64,000 nucleotides of DNA from Candidatus Bathyarchaeota archaeon. Lineage in GTDB: Archaea; Thermoproteota; Bathyarchaeia; 40CM-2-53-6. The notes beneath the pieces are model-generated. The model saw nothing but the letters and a program-made list of their open reading frames with translations. It made no database searches and was not told where the DNA came from. Position 1 is the stretch's first letter. Each line of letters opens with the position of its first letter. The stretch lies in assembly GCA_963733055.1 (NCBI GenBank), contig CAVTBR010000001.1, positions 96,001-160,000 of the forward strand, written 5' to 3'. Position numbers and translations under genes: made by a program. Positions 17,062-26,340 of this stretch are shown piece by piece.

Positions 17062-18036
17062 TTAGAAATAGTGTTCAATGATTTCGCGTACGTTGGCTTC
17101 GTAGCCCCCGAATGGTGATGGGGCTATGAATACGTCGTCGACACCGGACGTGTGATATTCTTTTACTCGCTCCCTTAGATCTTGGATCGTGCCAAGAACA
17201 GTCAGTCTCTTCACCATCTCAGGAGATACGACTTTTTTCACCGCACTCCGATCCTTAGCCTTCCAACCGTCCATCATCGCTTTCGCCTCTGATCCGTAGC
17301 CGAGGCTTGTGAATAGGGTGGAGTAGGCGGGGGCGCTTGCATAGAATGCGACGAGTTCCTTTCCCGCGTCAATCCCTTTCTCGTTGTCTCCGAGGACGTA
17401 TGAGTATAGCATCACTGAGAGGTTGGGACGTGCTTTCCCTCCCGCCTCACGGCAAGCTTCATTGATAATTGATAGGTCACGTTCGATCCGGTCAGGCGGA
17501 TGCAGATTCAGAATTATCCTGTCTGCAACCTGCGCAGCTTTCGCCATCATTCGGTCGTTCAGGGCGGCTAGAGCAATCTTCGGAGGAAAACCGGTCTTCA
17601 TCCTAGCCCCTTTCGGTGTCGAGTACTCGCCGTTATAGATGACTTTCTCTCCAGAGAAATATTGGCGTAGGAGTTTGACCGTCTCGTCTAGCCTGTGATT
17701 TGGTTTCTGAAAATGTTGCCCGTGCCAGTTCTCCACTATCGCAGCCGTGCTCACACCTAGGCCCAAAGTGAACCGACCCGCACTGAATTCGTTAAGGGTC
17801 GCGGCGAGTAATGCGAGTTGACTTGGCGTTCTTGTGAAGACGTTTAGAATCGATGTACCGAGCTGAATCTTCTTAGTTGCACCTGCGGCAAGCGTTGCGA
17901 GTATGGATGCGTCGCGTAGGGTGGTTTCACCGAACCAGAGGCCGTCAAAGCCGCGCTGTTCTGCTTGCTGGCTGATCTGGGGAACGCGTTGGGAAGAAAG
18001 CTCGCCGTTTCCGCTCAATATTATGCTAGTATACAT
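17062..18036 (-). CDS. LLM-class (Mer-like, probably F420-dependent) oxidoreductase
   Basis: AEQRGFDGLWFGE, IQLGTSILNVFTRTP, GRFTLGLG. Confidence 0.9.
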   Translation of the reverse strand: MYTSIILSGNGELSSQRVPQISQQAEQRGFDGLWFGETTLRDASILATLAAGATKKIQLGTSILNVFTRTPSQLALLAATLNEFSAGRFTLGLGVSTAAIVENWHGQHFQKPNHRLDETVKLLRQYFSGEKVIYNGEYSTPKGARMKTGFPPKIALAALNDRMMAKAAQVADRIILNLHPPDRIERDLSIINEACREAGGKARPNLSVMLYSYVLGDNEKGIDAGKELVAFYASAPAYSTLFTSLGYGSEAKAMMDGWKAKDRSAVKKVVSPEMVKRLTVLGTIQDLRERVKEYHTSGVDDVFIAPSPFGGYEANVREIIEHYF

Positions 18037-18197
18037 TGCAAACGCTACGACTTCACCAGTGTGGATAAAAGGCTAAAGAACATTCGTATGCGACGAGTAA
18101 TCGATTCAAGCCAAACTCTTATGTCACAATAAAACGAGTACGCCACAGAAGAAAGGCACAGGCAAACCGCTCGTTAACACCGCAGTGTTGAAAGCAA

Positions 18198-19814
18198 TTG
18201 AATGAGATTGAAATCAGCAACCTCTCGTTTACATACGAAAATCGAAATGACCGTGCCTTAGACGAAATCAATCTTCAGATAAGAAACAAGGATTTTCTAC
18301 TTCTTGCTGGAGCGAGTGGCTCAGGCAAGTCTACTCTGATAAAATGCATTAACGGCCTCATACCCCACAGGTATGTAGGTGAATATTCAGGGGATGTTAA
18401 GATCAGAGGGCAGCCCGTACCCGAAGCGCACTTCCTTCAACTGTCCCTCACAGTCGGCACTGTGCTGCAAGAAGCCGACAAGCAGCTCGTCTCGTCAATC
18501 GTAGAGGACGATGTAGCCTTCGGACCCGGCAACCTCGCATTGCCACGAATAGAGATTGACCGACGAGTCAAACAGGGACTGGCCGCGATGGATATTCTGG
18601 GATTACGTGAAAGATCCATTTTTGGAATTTCTGGCGGTCAAAGACAGAGAGTCGCTATCTCTGACGTCCTCGCGATGGAACCGGACATCCTTCTCTTCGA
18701 CGAGCCGCTTGCCAACCTCGATTCAAATGGCGTCCGCCTAATGCAGAGCATTTTCCGAACGCTTCACGAGTCTGGTAAGACCGTTATCGTTAGCGAGCAC
18801 AGAACTGAGGAGGTCCTCCGAGCTAACCCGACTAGAGTGGCAGTGATCGAGAAGGGACGGCTAATAGCTGAAAGCGAGGATCCCAAAATCCTGGGCAAAT
18901 TCCGAGACGTTCTAAAGGTCCCCGCGGAATATTTCCTAGGAAACAACCTGGAAACGACCGGTGCCTCAACCAACCCCACATTCGCTCCCTACGTCCCGTC
19001 GACAGAAGAGCTCGTACAAGTCAAAGATGTGAGCTTCGAGTATTCTGGCGGGATCAAAGCGCTCCAACACATCAACTTAACAATCCACGCCGGAGAAAGA
19101 ATCGCTCTCCTCGGAAACAATGGAGCAGGAAAATCAACACTCGCCCTCAGCCTTGTAGCCCTCCTGAAACCAACCACCGGACATGTCATCGTGCATGGGA
19201 AAGACACTAAAGACCTGTCCACTTCAGAAATCGCACGAACGCTCTGTCTAGTATTTCAGAGCCCGTTCTCCATGCTCTTCGCCAAGACAGTGCGCGACGA
19301 ACTGAGCTTCGGCCCAAAGAACCTGGGATTCACGGCTGAGGAGATTTCGAAGATTGTGCCTGAGACGGCGAGTAGGTGCTCGATCGCCCATCTGCTTGAC
19401 AAATCTCCTTTCGCATCAAGTTTCGGGGAGAAGAAGCGAATTTGCGTAGCGTCCGTGCTTACGATGCAACCGGAATGCATCATCCTAGATGAACCTACTG
19501 CGGGGCAAGATTACAGAAGTTACTCGAACTTCATGAACTTCATCTGTTCGCTAAGGGAACGTGTGAAGTCATTCATAGTAATCACGCACGATCCAGACCT
19601 TGCGATTGAGTATACAGACAGGGCGATCGTTCTCAATGATGGAAAAATAATCGCCGACGGACCCACACACAAAGTGCTGGCGGATCACACTATTCTCAAG
19701 GAAGGAGCGATCCGCGAAACATCTCTAATCGAACTCTCCTTAAAGGCGACTCAAGGCAAGGAAGTGTGTAGCCTAGAGCAACTGGAAAGGTTGGATCGTA
19801 TTGCTAGCTCTTAA
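18198..19814 (+). CDS. ECF transporter duplicated ATPase (A-A')
   Basis: Two ABC domains: GASGSGKS/SGGQRQR/DEP and GNNGAGKS/SFGEKKR/DEP. Confidence 0.93.
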   Translation: MNEIEISNLSFTYENRNDRALDEINLQIRNKDFLLLAGASGSGKSTLIKCINGLIPHRYVGEYSGDVKIRGQPVPEAHFLQLSLTVGTVLQEADKQLVSSIVEDDVAFGPGNLALPRIEIDRRVKQGLAAMDILGLRERSIFGISGGQRQRVAISDVLAMEPDILLFDEPLANLDSNGVRLMQSIFRTLHESGKTVIVSEHRTEEVLRANPTRVAVIEKGRLIAESEDPKILGKFRDVLKVPAEYFLGNNLETTGASTNPTFAPYVPSTEELVQVKDVSFEYSGGIKALQHINLTIHAGERIALLGNNGAGKSTLALSLVALLKPTTGHVIVHGKDTKDLSTSEIARTLCLVFQSPFSMLFAKTVRDELSFGPKNLGFTAEEISKIVPETASRCSIAHLLDKSPFASSFGEKKRICVASVLTMQPECIILDEPTAGQDYRSYSNFMNFICSLRERVKSFIVITHDPDLAIEYTDRAIVLNDGKIIADGPTHKVLADHTILKEGAIRETSLIELSLKATQGKEVCSLEQLERLDRIASS

Positions 19815-19851
19815 ATACTAAGAACCCGCCAACCAACGAGCAGGGAAAAAC

Positions 19852-20424
19852 ATGAGCAAAAAAGGAATGAAGGAATCATTCTTCTCAGCAAAACAAATTG
19901 TAGCTATGGCAGTTGGAACCGCACTCTACGCAGCCCTCACGATCCCGTTCAACATATTCCAAATACCCGGTGCCGGCGGCCTAATCGCAATCAGACCAAC
20001 CGTAGCTATTCCAATGCTATTCGGAATCGTTTTCGGACCCATCACAGGATTCGTTACAGGACTACTCGGCAACATAATCTCTGACGGCGTGTCCTTCGGC
20101 GGATTCTACTGGAACTGGGACATCGGCAACGGACTACTTGGTGCAGTTCCTGGAATCGCGTACTTTGTGATCAAGAGAACAGACTGGACCAAAGCAAAGA
20201 CTCTAGCGATAACCGCCGGTCTAGCGGTAGTCGCCGCAATTGTCGGAATCGGATTCGCAGCAATGACAGATCTAGCCTTCCAAATCGGCCTCAGCACGAT
20301 GGACGCAGCATTAGCCGAATTCTATTCCGCTGCAGGAACCGACGCAATTAACGGTGCAATACTCACGCCCATACTGCTCTACGCATACGCTACCGCCACA
20401 GCCGGAAGAGCTCGGCGAGTCTAA
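19852..20424 (+). CDS. ECF transporter S component (UPF0397/DUF1393-like)
   Basis: IVAMAVGTALY, IRPTVA, FGPITGFVTGLLGN; multiple TM helices. Confidence 0.88.
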   Translation: MSKKGMKESFFSAKQIVAMAVGTALYAALTIPFNIFQIPGAGGLIAIRPTVAIPMLFGIVFGPITGFVTGLLGNIISDGVSFGGFYWNWDIGNGLLGAVPGIAYFVIKRTDWTKAKTLAITAGLAVVAAIVGIGFAAMTDLAFQIGLSTMDAALAEFYSAAGTDAINGAILTPILLYAYATATAGRARRV

Positions 20425-20435
20425 CAAGAGAGTCA

Positions 20436-21245
20436 ATGATTCGGATCAAATACTTTCCCGGGAACACCCTACTTCATAGGTTGGACCCGAGAACAAAATT
20501 TCTACTTGTTGTTTTATTCATCTTCATCGAAGTAGCCTTCCTAGACATCAGACTACTCCTCTTCCCATTCGTAGCCTCAATCCTCCTCTACCTTTCAGCT
20601 AGGATACCATTCAAAGAAGTAAAGGGAACATGGAAATTTCTTCTCACAATCATCGTACTCATAACCTCAGTCAACACTTTCTTTACGCTTCTAGGTACAA
20701 ACGTCCCACACCCACACATCATTGCGCAGTTCTGGGTCTTCAAAGCCACCACAGAAGGAATATCCTTGGCGGCGGGAGCGATGATGCGATTCCTGTCCTT
20801 AGCCGTGGTATCAATGTGCCTGGTCAACACCACCGATCCGGGCCTCTACGCGCCAGCCCTTGCGAAACTCAAAATGCCATACAAGGGCGCTTTCGTAGTA
20901 GACCTCGCGATGCGGTACCTTCCCGTGTACGTTGAGGAGTTAGAGACAACAATGAACGCACAAATGGCCAGAGGATACAAGGTGAAAGTCAGGGGCGGCT
21001 TCTTCGCCCGCATACTCAACACTGTACCCCTAATCGTACCGGTCGCGATGAACGCGATGTTGAGCATTTATGATGTAGCCGATGCGATGGAACTGCGCGC
21101 GTTCGGCGCTGAGAAGACACGAACCTGGTATAGGACAGTAAATTTCAAGAAGATAGACTACGCTTCCGTCGCCATTCTCTTCACTATGCTCGCCGTCGCC
21201 ATCTTTCTGAGAACCAAGTTCACTACCTATTGGATTCCAGCGTAG
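20436..21245 (+). CDS. ecfT: ECF transporter T component
   Basis: LHRLDPRTK, AQMARG and AMELRAF motifs. Confidence 0.92.
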   Translation: MIRIKYFPGNTLLHRLDPRTKFLLVVLFIFIEVAFLDIRLLLFPFVASILLYLSARIPFKEVKGTWKFLLTIIVLITSVNTFFTLLGTNVPHPHIIAQFWVFKATTEGISLAAGAMMRFLSLAVVSMCLVNTTDPGLYAPALAKLKMPYKGAFVVDLAMRYLPVYVEELETTMNAQMARGYKVKVRGGFFARILNTVPLIVPVAMNAMLSIYDVADAMELRAFGAEKTRTWYRTVNFKKIDYASVAILFTMLAVAIFLRTKFTTYWIPA

Positions 21246-21314
21246 CGGGTTCGGCCCCGTAGGGGAATCCCCAGGCGTTGAACTCGTCATGTTATGTTTG
21301 AAGGGTTTTACGTC

Positions 21315-22304
21315 TCATCGGTTCAGTAATTGCATAGTTGCCTCAGGGTAGCGTTCACCGGCAAATGTCCCTCGGGGCAACGCTTCTTCTATGCGTCGGA
21401 GATCGTTCGCTGTTAATTTCACTTCTAGTGAAGCGACGTTTTCTTCGAGATACCTTCTCCTTTTCGTGCCGACGATGGGGACGATATGTTCTCCTTGTGC
21501 CAAGACCCATGCCAACGCGAGTTGAGCAGGGGCGCATCCTTTCTCTTTTGCAATCGCTTCAAATCGGCGAAGAGCCTCGAGATTTTTCTTGAGGTTATCG
21601 CCTTGGAAGCGCGGTGCCGCCTGCCGCCAGTCGCTTTGAGGCAATTCAGTCATATTCTTGATTTGGCCCGTTAGGAAGCCACGACCGAGTGGGCTGTAGG
21701 CGACGAAACCAATACCCAGCTTTTTACAGGTGGCTAACAGTTCGTCTTCAGGGTCCCTGGTCCAGAGCGAGTATTCGGTCTGCAACGCCGCGATTGGATG
21801 TACTGCGTGCGCACGGCGCAGTGTTTGTGGTGAAGCCTCCGAAAGCCCTAGGTACCTTACCTTACCCTCCTTGACTAATTGGGCCATCGCCCCAACGGTC
21901 TCTTCGATCGGAGTGTTTGGGTCAACTCGATGTTGATAGTAGAGGTCGATCGTGTCTACACCGAGTCGGCGGAGGCTTTCTTCGCAGCAGGAGCGAACAT
22001 ACTCGGGTTTCCCATTCACTCCTCGGCGCTTCGGATTCGCATCGTCCCGCACAATTCCGAACTTAGTGGCCACAACAACCTCGTCGCGTCGATCGCGAAT
22101 GGCGCGGCCGACTAGCTCTTCATTAGTATATGGTCCGCATATGTTCGAAGTATCGAGGAAGTTAACACCCAAGTCGAGGGCTCGATGAATGGTCGCGATG
22201 GACTCTTCGTCATCGCGTTTTCCATAGAATTCGGACATGCCCATGCAACCCAAACCAATCGCTGAAACCTTCAGTCCAGTCTTACCTAACTCTCGCATCA
22301 ACAT
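21315..22304 (-). CDS. Aldo/keto reductase
   Basis: [34 protein letters not shown]. Confidence 0.95.
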   Translation of the reverse strand: MLMRELGKTGLKVSAIGLGCMGMSEFYGKRDDEESIATIHRALDLGVNFLDTSNICGPYTNEELVGRAIRDRRDEVVVATKFGIVRDDANPKRRGVNGKPEYVRSCCEESLRRLGVDTIDLYYQHRVDPNTPIEETVGAMAQLVKEGKVRYLGLSEASPQTLRRAHAVHPIAALQTEYSLWTRDPEDELLATCKKLGIGFVAYSPLGRGFLTGQIKNMTELPQSDWRQAAPRFQGDNLKKNLEALRRFEAIAKEKGCAPAQLALAWVLAQGEHIVPIVGTKRRRYLEENVASLEVKLTANDLRRIEEALPRGTFAGERYPEATMQLLNR

Positions 22305-22449
22305 GTTCTAGACCATCCAATCGCAGCGATTCAGAGGGATATCATGCTTTTGTCTTCTTGCCCTTCGCCGCCTGGTTTGAGGAAGCGTTTTTATGAGTCG
22401 AGCTTCTCTCAGCCATATACAATCCATACGTAATAAAAGGCGCTAGAAA

Positions 22450-22836
22450 ATGGCCACAGTAATGGAATCCCAACCACAGCTCGAGTTCACAGCGAAGGCA
22501 CTGGAGAGAGCCAAGGCCATACTCCAAAAACCTGAGAATTCCGGGAAGGCGCTTCGAGTTTTCGTTTTCGGCGGTGGTTGCGCTGGCCTCAATTATGGTA
22601 TGGCGATGGGGTTTGTGAAGCCGGACGATTTCGTGCTTGAAAGCGACGGGTACAAGATTGTCGTTGATCCGAAGAGTATGGAGCTATTGAAGGGGATGAA
22701 TGTGGATTACTATGAGAGCATACAATCCTCAGGGTTCAAGTTCAACAACCCCAACGCAATAGCAAGCTGCGGCTGCGGCCTATCCTTCAAGACAGCCCAG
22801 AAGACCGACATGGCGCAGACGAAACCCTGCCACTAG
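22450..22836 (+). CDS. HesB/IscA family A-type Fe-S carrier
   Basis: GGGCAGLNY and NPNAIASCGCGLSF. Confidence 0.95.
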   Translation: MATVMESQPQLEFTAKALERAKAILQKPENSGKALRVFVFGGGCAGLNYGMAMGFVKPDDFVLESDGYKIVVDPKSMELLKGMNVDYYESIQSSGFKFNNPNAIASCGCGLSFKTAQKTDMAQTKPCH

Positions 22837-22845
22837 AACGAGCAC

Positions 22846-23067
22846 TTACTCGGCGGGTAGTCTCTTGATTGCGAGCTGGATGTCCTGAGCTTTCACGGTT
22901 TTTCTGCCCGCGTGTCGAGCTAGCCCCGTAGCTTCTTTACCGACCTTGATCGCGTACTCCTCGAGTACCTTGCCAAGTTCTTCCACGGCGTCGTCGCCGA
23001 CCCTGTCTGCTCCTGCCATCTCGATAAGTCGTCGGACTGCGGCTGTAGAAAGCTCATCGGGCGGCAA
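22846..23067 (-). CDS. Archaeal histone (HMf family)
   Basis: ELSTAAVRRLIEMAGADRV...ARHAGRKTVKAQDI. Confidence 0.95.
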   Translation of the reverse strand: MPPDELSTAAVRRLIEMAGADRVGDDAVEELGKVLEEYAIKVGKEATGLARHAGRKTVKAQDIQLAIKRLPAE

Positions 23068-23280
23068 GAAAAACCACGATTTCTAATCGCGTGCCCTTGG
23101 AAGCTATTAAAATTTCCCCAGTCGGCTGAACTGGGCTCGATAGAGAGATGTTTTGATTTGATTAGCCTACATTGGGCGAAACGAACAGTTTTGTTGCAAA
23201 AAACGCCCCGCCCACCTGCCTCATCAGGCTAGAACGAGCTATCACTCACCTTAAGCAATCTGATTCCACTGGTTCGAGCC

Positions 23281-24051
23281 ATGAGTTTTGTCGACGCCCA
23301 CATCCACCTAGCCGACCCAGGCTACGCAGGGAAGGTTGAAGAGGTGGTTGAAAACGCAAACCAACACAACGTTTCCAGTATGCTCTCTAACGCCACAGAC
23401 TACGAAACCTCACTAGCAACCATAAGCCTAGCCAAACAGTATCCAACCAGAGTCCTTGCGGCCGTAGGCGTTCACCCATTCACAGCCACCCAAACCACAG
23501 TCTTTCACCTGGACAAGTTCGCTCCTCTCCTCGAGGAGAACCGAGACTGCGTTAGGGCTGTGGGCGAGATAGGGCTCGACGGAAAGTACACGCAAGATGA
23601 ACGGATCAAGAAGCGTCAGCAAGAGATTTTCCGATACTGCCTAAACCTGGCGGAAGAACGAAATCTCCCTGCAGTCGTGCACTCACGGCAAGCGTTGCCA
23701 GAGATACTGGACACGTTAGCTGACTTCAAAGCTCTGAAGATCCTATTCCATTGGTACGACGGGCCGATCGAAAACCTTCAACTCTTCAAGGAACGAGGAT
23801 ACTCGATTTCAATCGGCCCGGCCATATTGTACTCACGCCGAATTAGCGAAATTGCACGCGCCGCTGATATCAACATAATTCTGAGCGAGACTGACGGACC
23901 CGTGAACTATCGCGGTCTCTTCGGGGGCAAACTTACGCAACCGTCGTTCGTAATCGATGTGGTTCGAAAAATCGCCGAAACAAAAGCAATGAATACCGAG
24001 TCGGTACGAGACCAAATCCTCTCCAACTTTCAGAGGTTCACATCGGCCTGA
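23281..24051 (+). CDS. tatD: TatD family nuclease/hydrolase
   Basis: DAHIHL, GVHP, VGEIGLD, VHSR, FHW, ETDGP. Confidence 0.95.
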   Translation: MSFVDAHIHLADPGYAGKVEEVVENANQHNVSSMLSNATDYETSLATISLAKQYPTRVLAAVGVHPFTATQTTVFHLDKFAPLLEENRDCVRAVGEIGLDGKYTQDERIKKRQQEIFRYCLNLAEERNLPAVVHSRQALPEILDTLADFKALKILFHWYDGPIENLQLFKERGYSISIGPAILYSRRISEIARAADINIILSETDGPVNYRGLFGGKLTQPSFVIDVVRKIAETKAMNTESVRDQILSNFQRFTSA

Positions 24052-24155
24052 TGACCTCCTCATTAATTGGCAGAACCCCCGTCGGAATCAAAGTTGAGGG
24101 AGAAAATAAGTGGAGAACTCTAATCGAAAATGTGAGCAAGAAGGAGTGAGAGGTC

Positions 24156-24821
24156 GTGTCCAAGGTAGTATGTAATTTCCATCAGAATATGGTTCTCTGC
24201 AAGAGAAATGAGGGAGCTACATATTGGGACGCTTTTGGATTCCTAGGTGCAGGCTGGACGGGCAAGAGTTCAACCAGTTTTATTCTGGCTAGACTTTTGG
24301 TAGAAAAGGATGGGTTCATAGTCAAAAAGGGAACTTCGCTCAAGGTAATCGACGATAACTTCCGTCTTGAGAATGGAGTAGTTTCAAGTAATGATTGGGG
24401 GGGAGACAAGTCAGGCAAATGTTGCGAGTTCGTAGAATGCCTAGAGAAACATGGGCACTCGCATCAAGAGGCTCGTCCAAATGACCAAGAATTCAAGTTA
24501 GGGAGTTTCATCGGTTGGCTCATGGTTTCTGATGATGTACCGACGTATGTTATTGAGAAGAGTAATCGGGATGAATTCATGAACAAGTTACTGCGCCTAA
24601 ATCCATGCCATCGCCCTAGTCAAGACGAGATAAATGCTAACCCAGAATTGAGAGAGCAGATTCGGAACCGATTTAACCCGTCATGGGAATACTCGATTAC
24701 AAGAAGAAGAAATACACAAAGTGCAGAAGATAACCCTCTCTTAGAAAATCTAGGGCAGAAAGCCTACGATGTGTGGCACTTACACCCGACGATTTTTGAC
24801 AGCGAAAAGGAAGGGCAGTAA
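24156..24821 (+). CDS. Hypothetical protein (contains GxxxxGKS)
   Basis: 221-aa ORF in AT-richer DNA; GAGWTGKSS motif. Confidence 0.55.
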   Translation: MSKVVCNFHQNMVLCKRNEGATYWDAFGFLGAGWTGKSSTSFILARLLVEKDGFIVKKGTSLKVIDDNFRLENGVVSSNDWGGDKSGKCCEFVECLEKHGHSHQEARPNDQEFKLGSFIGWLMVSDDVPTYVIEKSNRDEFMNKLLRLNPCHRPSQDEINANPELREQIRNRFNPSWEYSITRRRNTQSAEDNPLLENLGQKAYDVWHLHPTIFDSEKEGQ

Positions 24822-25086
24822 CCGATGGAGACTTTACATAACCCTGATTAGGGTTCTGTCAAAGGTAAGGGACATGCTCTAAGTTTTCTGGACTGTCAAG
24901 TCGAGGGACATGTTGTCGGTATATCTATAGCTCAAGGAGCAGGATACTCTCGTATGCACAGGATTACTGACAAAGGGCTTCTAATGAGACTAGAGGAAAA
25001 GTGTTTACTGATGACGCTCTTGGAAGTGCAATGCTCAAAATCACTGGTCAAGGACTACTAGCGTTAAGGGAACTCCTCGCCAAAAC

Positions 25087-25734
25087 GTGGAAGTGAGAGA
25101 ACAGAAACCGCGTCGGGTTAAAACTGAGAACAGATTAATCAAAGAAAGGCAGAGAACCCAAATGACCGTTAATCAGTTCGACATCGCAACAATCCTGAAT
25201 CTGCTCACGGCCATAGCAGCGTTATCTGCCGTTATACTTGCGATTCTCTCTGAGAATAGAGCGCAGAAAAGATACAAACAAGATATTGAACGTCAGGAGA
25301 AACTAGCGGCTGCCAGTGTTAGACCTGCGTTGACTATCGACAAGGACCGCATTTTCACGACAACGCAGATCTTTTTGAGGAATCAAGGGCTAGGTACCGC
25401 TAAGAGTATCGATTTCACATTCACCAAAAACGGACGTCAATCGAAATGTCGCATAATCGACGTCTTTGACCCGACATATGCCGATCCTTTTGACAGTGTC
25501 ATGAGTTTTTACGACAAAGAACAAAATCATCTAAGACCCGGTGGCGAATACGTTCTTTTCAAAATAACGAGAGAGAACCTAGAGAAACAAGGAATCACCC
25601 CAGAGGGTATCGGCAGAATCTTCGCAGAGCTTGATAAGCAGATTCAGGGACTAACAATAGTGGTAAACTACGAGGATGTGCTTGGAAACCAGCAGAAGGA
25701 GTTCCGTATAACTTTAACATCGGTCGATGTTTAG
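25087..25734 (+). CDS. Hypothetical membrane-anchored protein (probable start ATG 25162)
   Basis: TM helix IATILNLLTAIAALSAVILAI, then RPALT...LRNQGLGTA...YEDVLGN. Confidence 0.7.
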   Translation: MEVREQKPRRVKTENRLIKERQRTQMTVNQFDIATILNLLTAIAALSAVILAILSENRAQKRYKQDIERQEKLAAASVRPALTIDKDRIFTTTQIFLRNQGLGTAKSIDFTFTKNGRQSKCRIIDVFDPTYADPFDSVMSFYDKEQNHLRPGGEYVLFKITRENLEKQGITPEGIGRIFAELDKQIQGLTIVVNYEDVLGNQQKEFRITLTSVDV

Positions 25735-25933
25735 CAGACGATTTTCTACAGGCACATGAAGCCTGCGTGTTAGACGAGGACGTTACGTTAACTTACAAAT
25801 GAGCCGCCAGTTAACGCCCCGAAAACGTGACCACCAAATTCGGTCGTGAGCCGTGAACTTAACAGAACCCTGATTAGCAAAGTTTATGTTGAATGCGACT
25901 TGCATGTCGATTTCCGCATCAGGGCTGTTAGAG

Positions 25934-26191
25934 TTGGGTAAGGTTCGAATTGACGTCGTAAAGCGGACGTCCCGGGAGTTGCTCAGGAAGTACCCTGAGC
26001 GTTTTTCCGGCGAATTCGAATCAGACAAGCAAGCTGTAAATGAGCTTGTAATTACACCATCGAAACGGTTGCGAAATCGTATTGCAGGCTATGTAACTCG
26101 CCTGAAGGTTGTTGAAGCGGAGCGTGCGGCTGCGACGGAAGTAACCGAAGTGGAACCCGAGCCTAGCGATCCCGGCATCGACGAAGAGTAA
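25934..26191 (+). CDS. rps17e: 30S ribosomal protein S17e
   Basis: MGKVRIDVVKRTSRELLRKYP...SKRLRNRIAGYVTR; TTG start at 25934. Confidence 0.96.
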   Translation: MGKVRIDVVKRTSRELLRKYPERFSGEFESDKQAVNELVITPSKRLRNRIAGYVTRLKVVEAERAAATEVTEVEPEPSDPGIDEE

Positions 26192-26340
26192 AACCTCCCA
26201 CTCAGAACTGTCCAGCCTCCATTTACTAAAGCACTAGACCGAAAATTTCGGCAGTGAGTCGTTGCGGGAAATGCTAAAAGGTCACGTTGTAGACCACGCC
26301 TAAATCGAATTCAAGAATACCCGCGAAGGGTCGAGACTCA

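Noticed and set aside
22342-22416. 24-aa basic ORF MAERSSTHKNASSNQAAKGKKTKA upstream of the aldo/keto reductase
   Set aside because: No SD or recognisable motif, and it overlaps the likely divergent promoter region, so support is insufficient.
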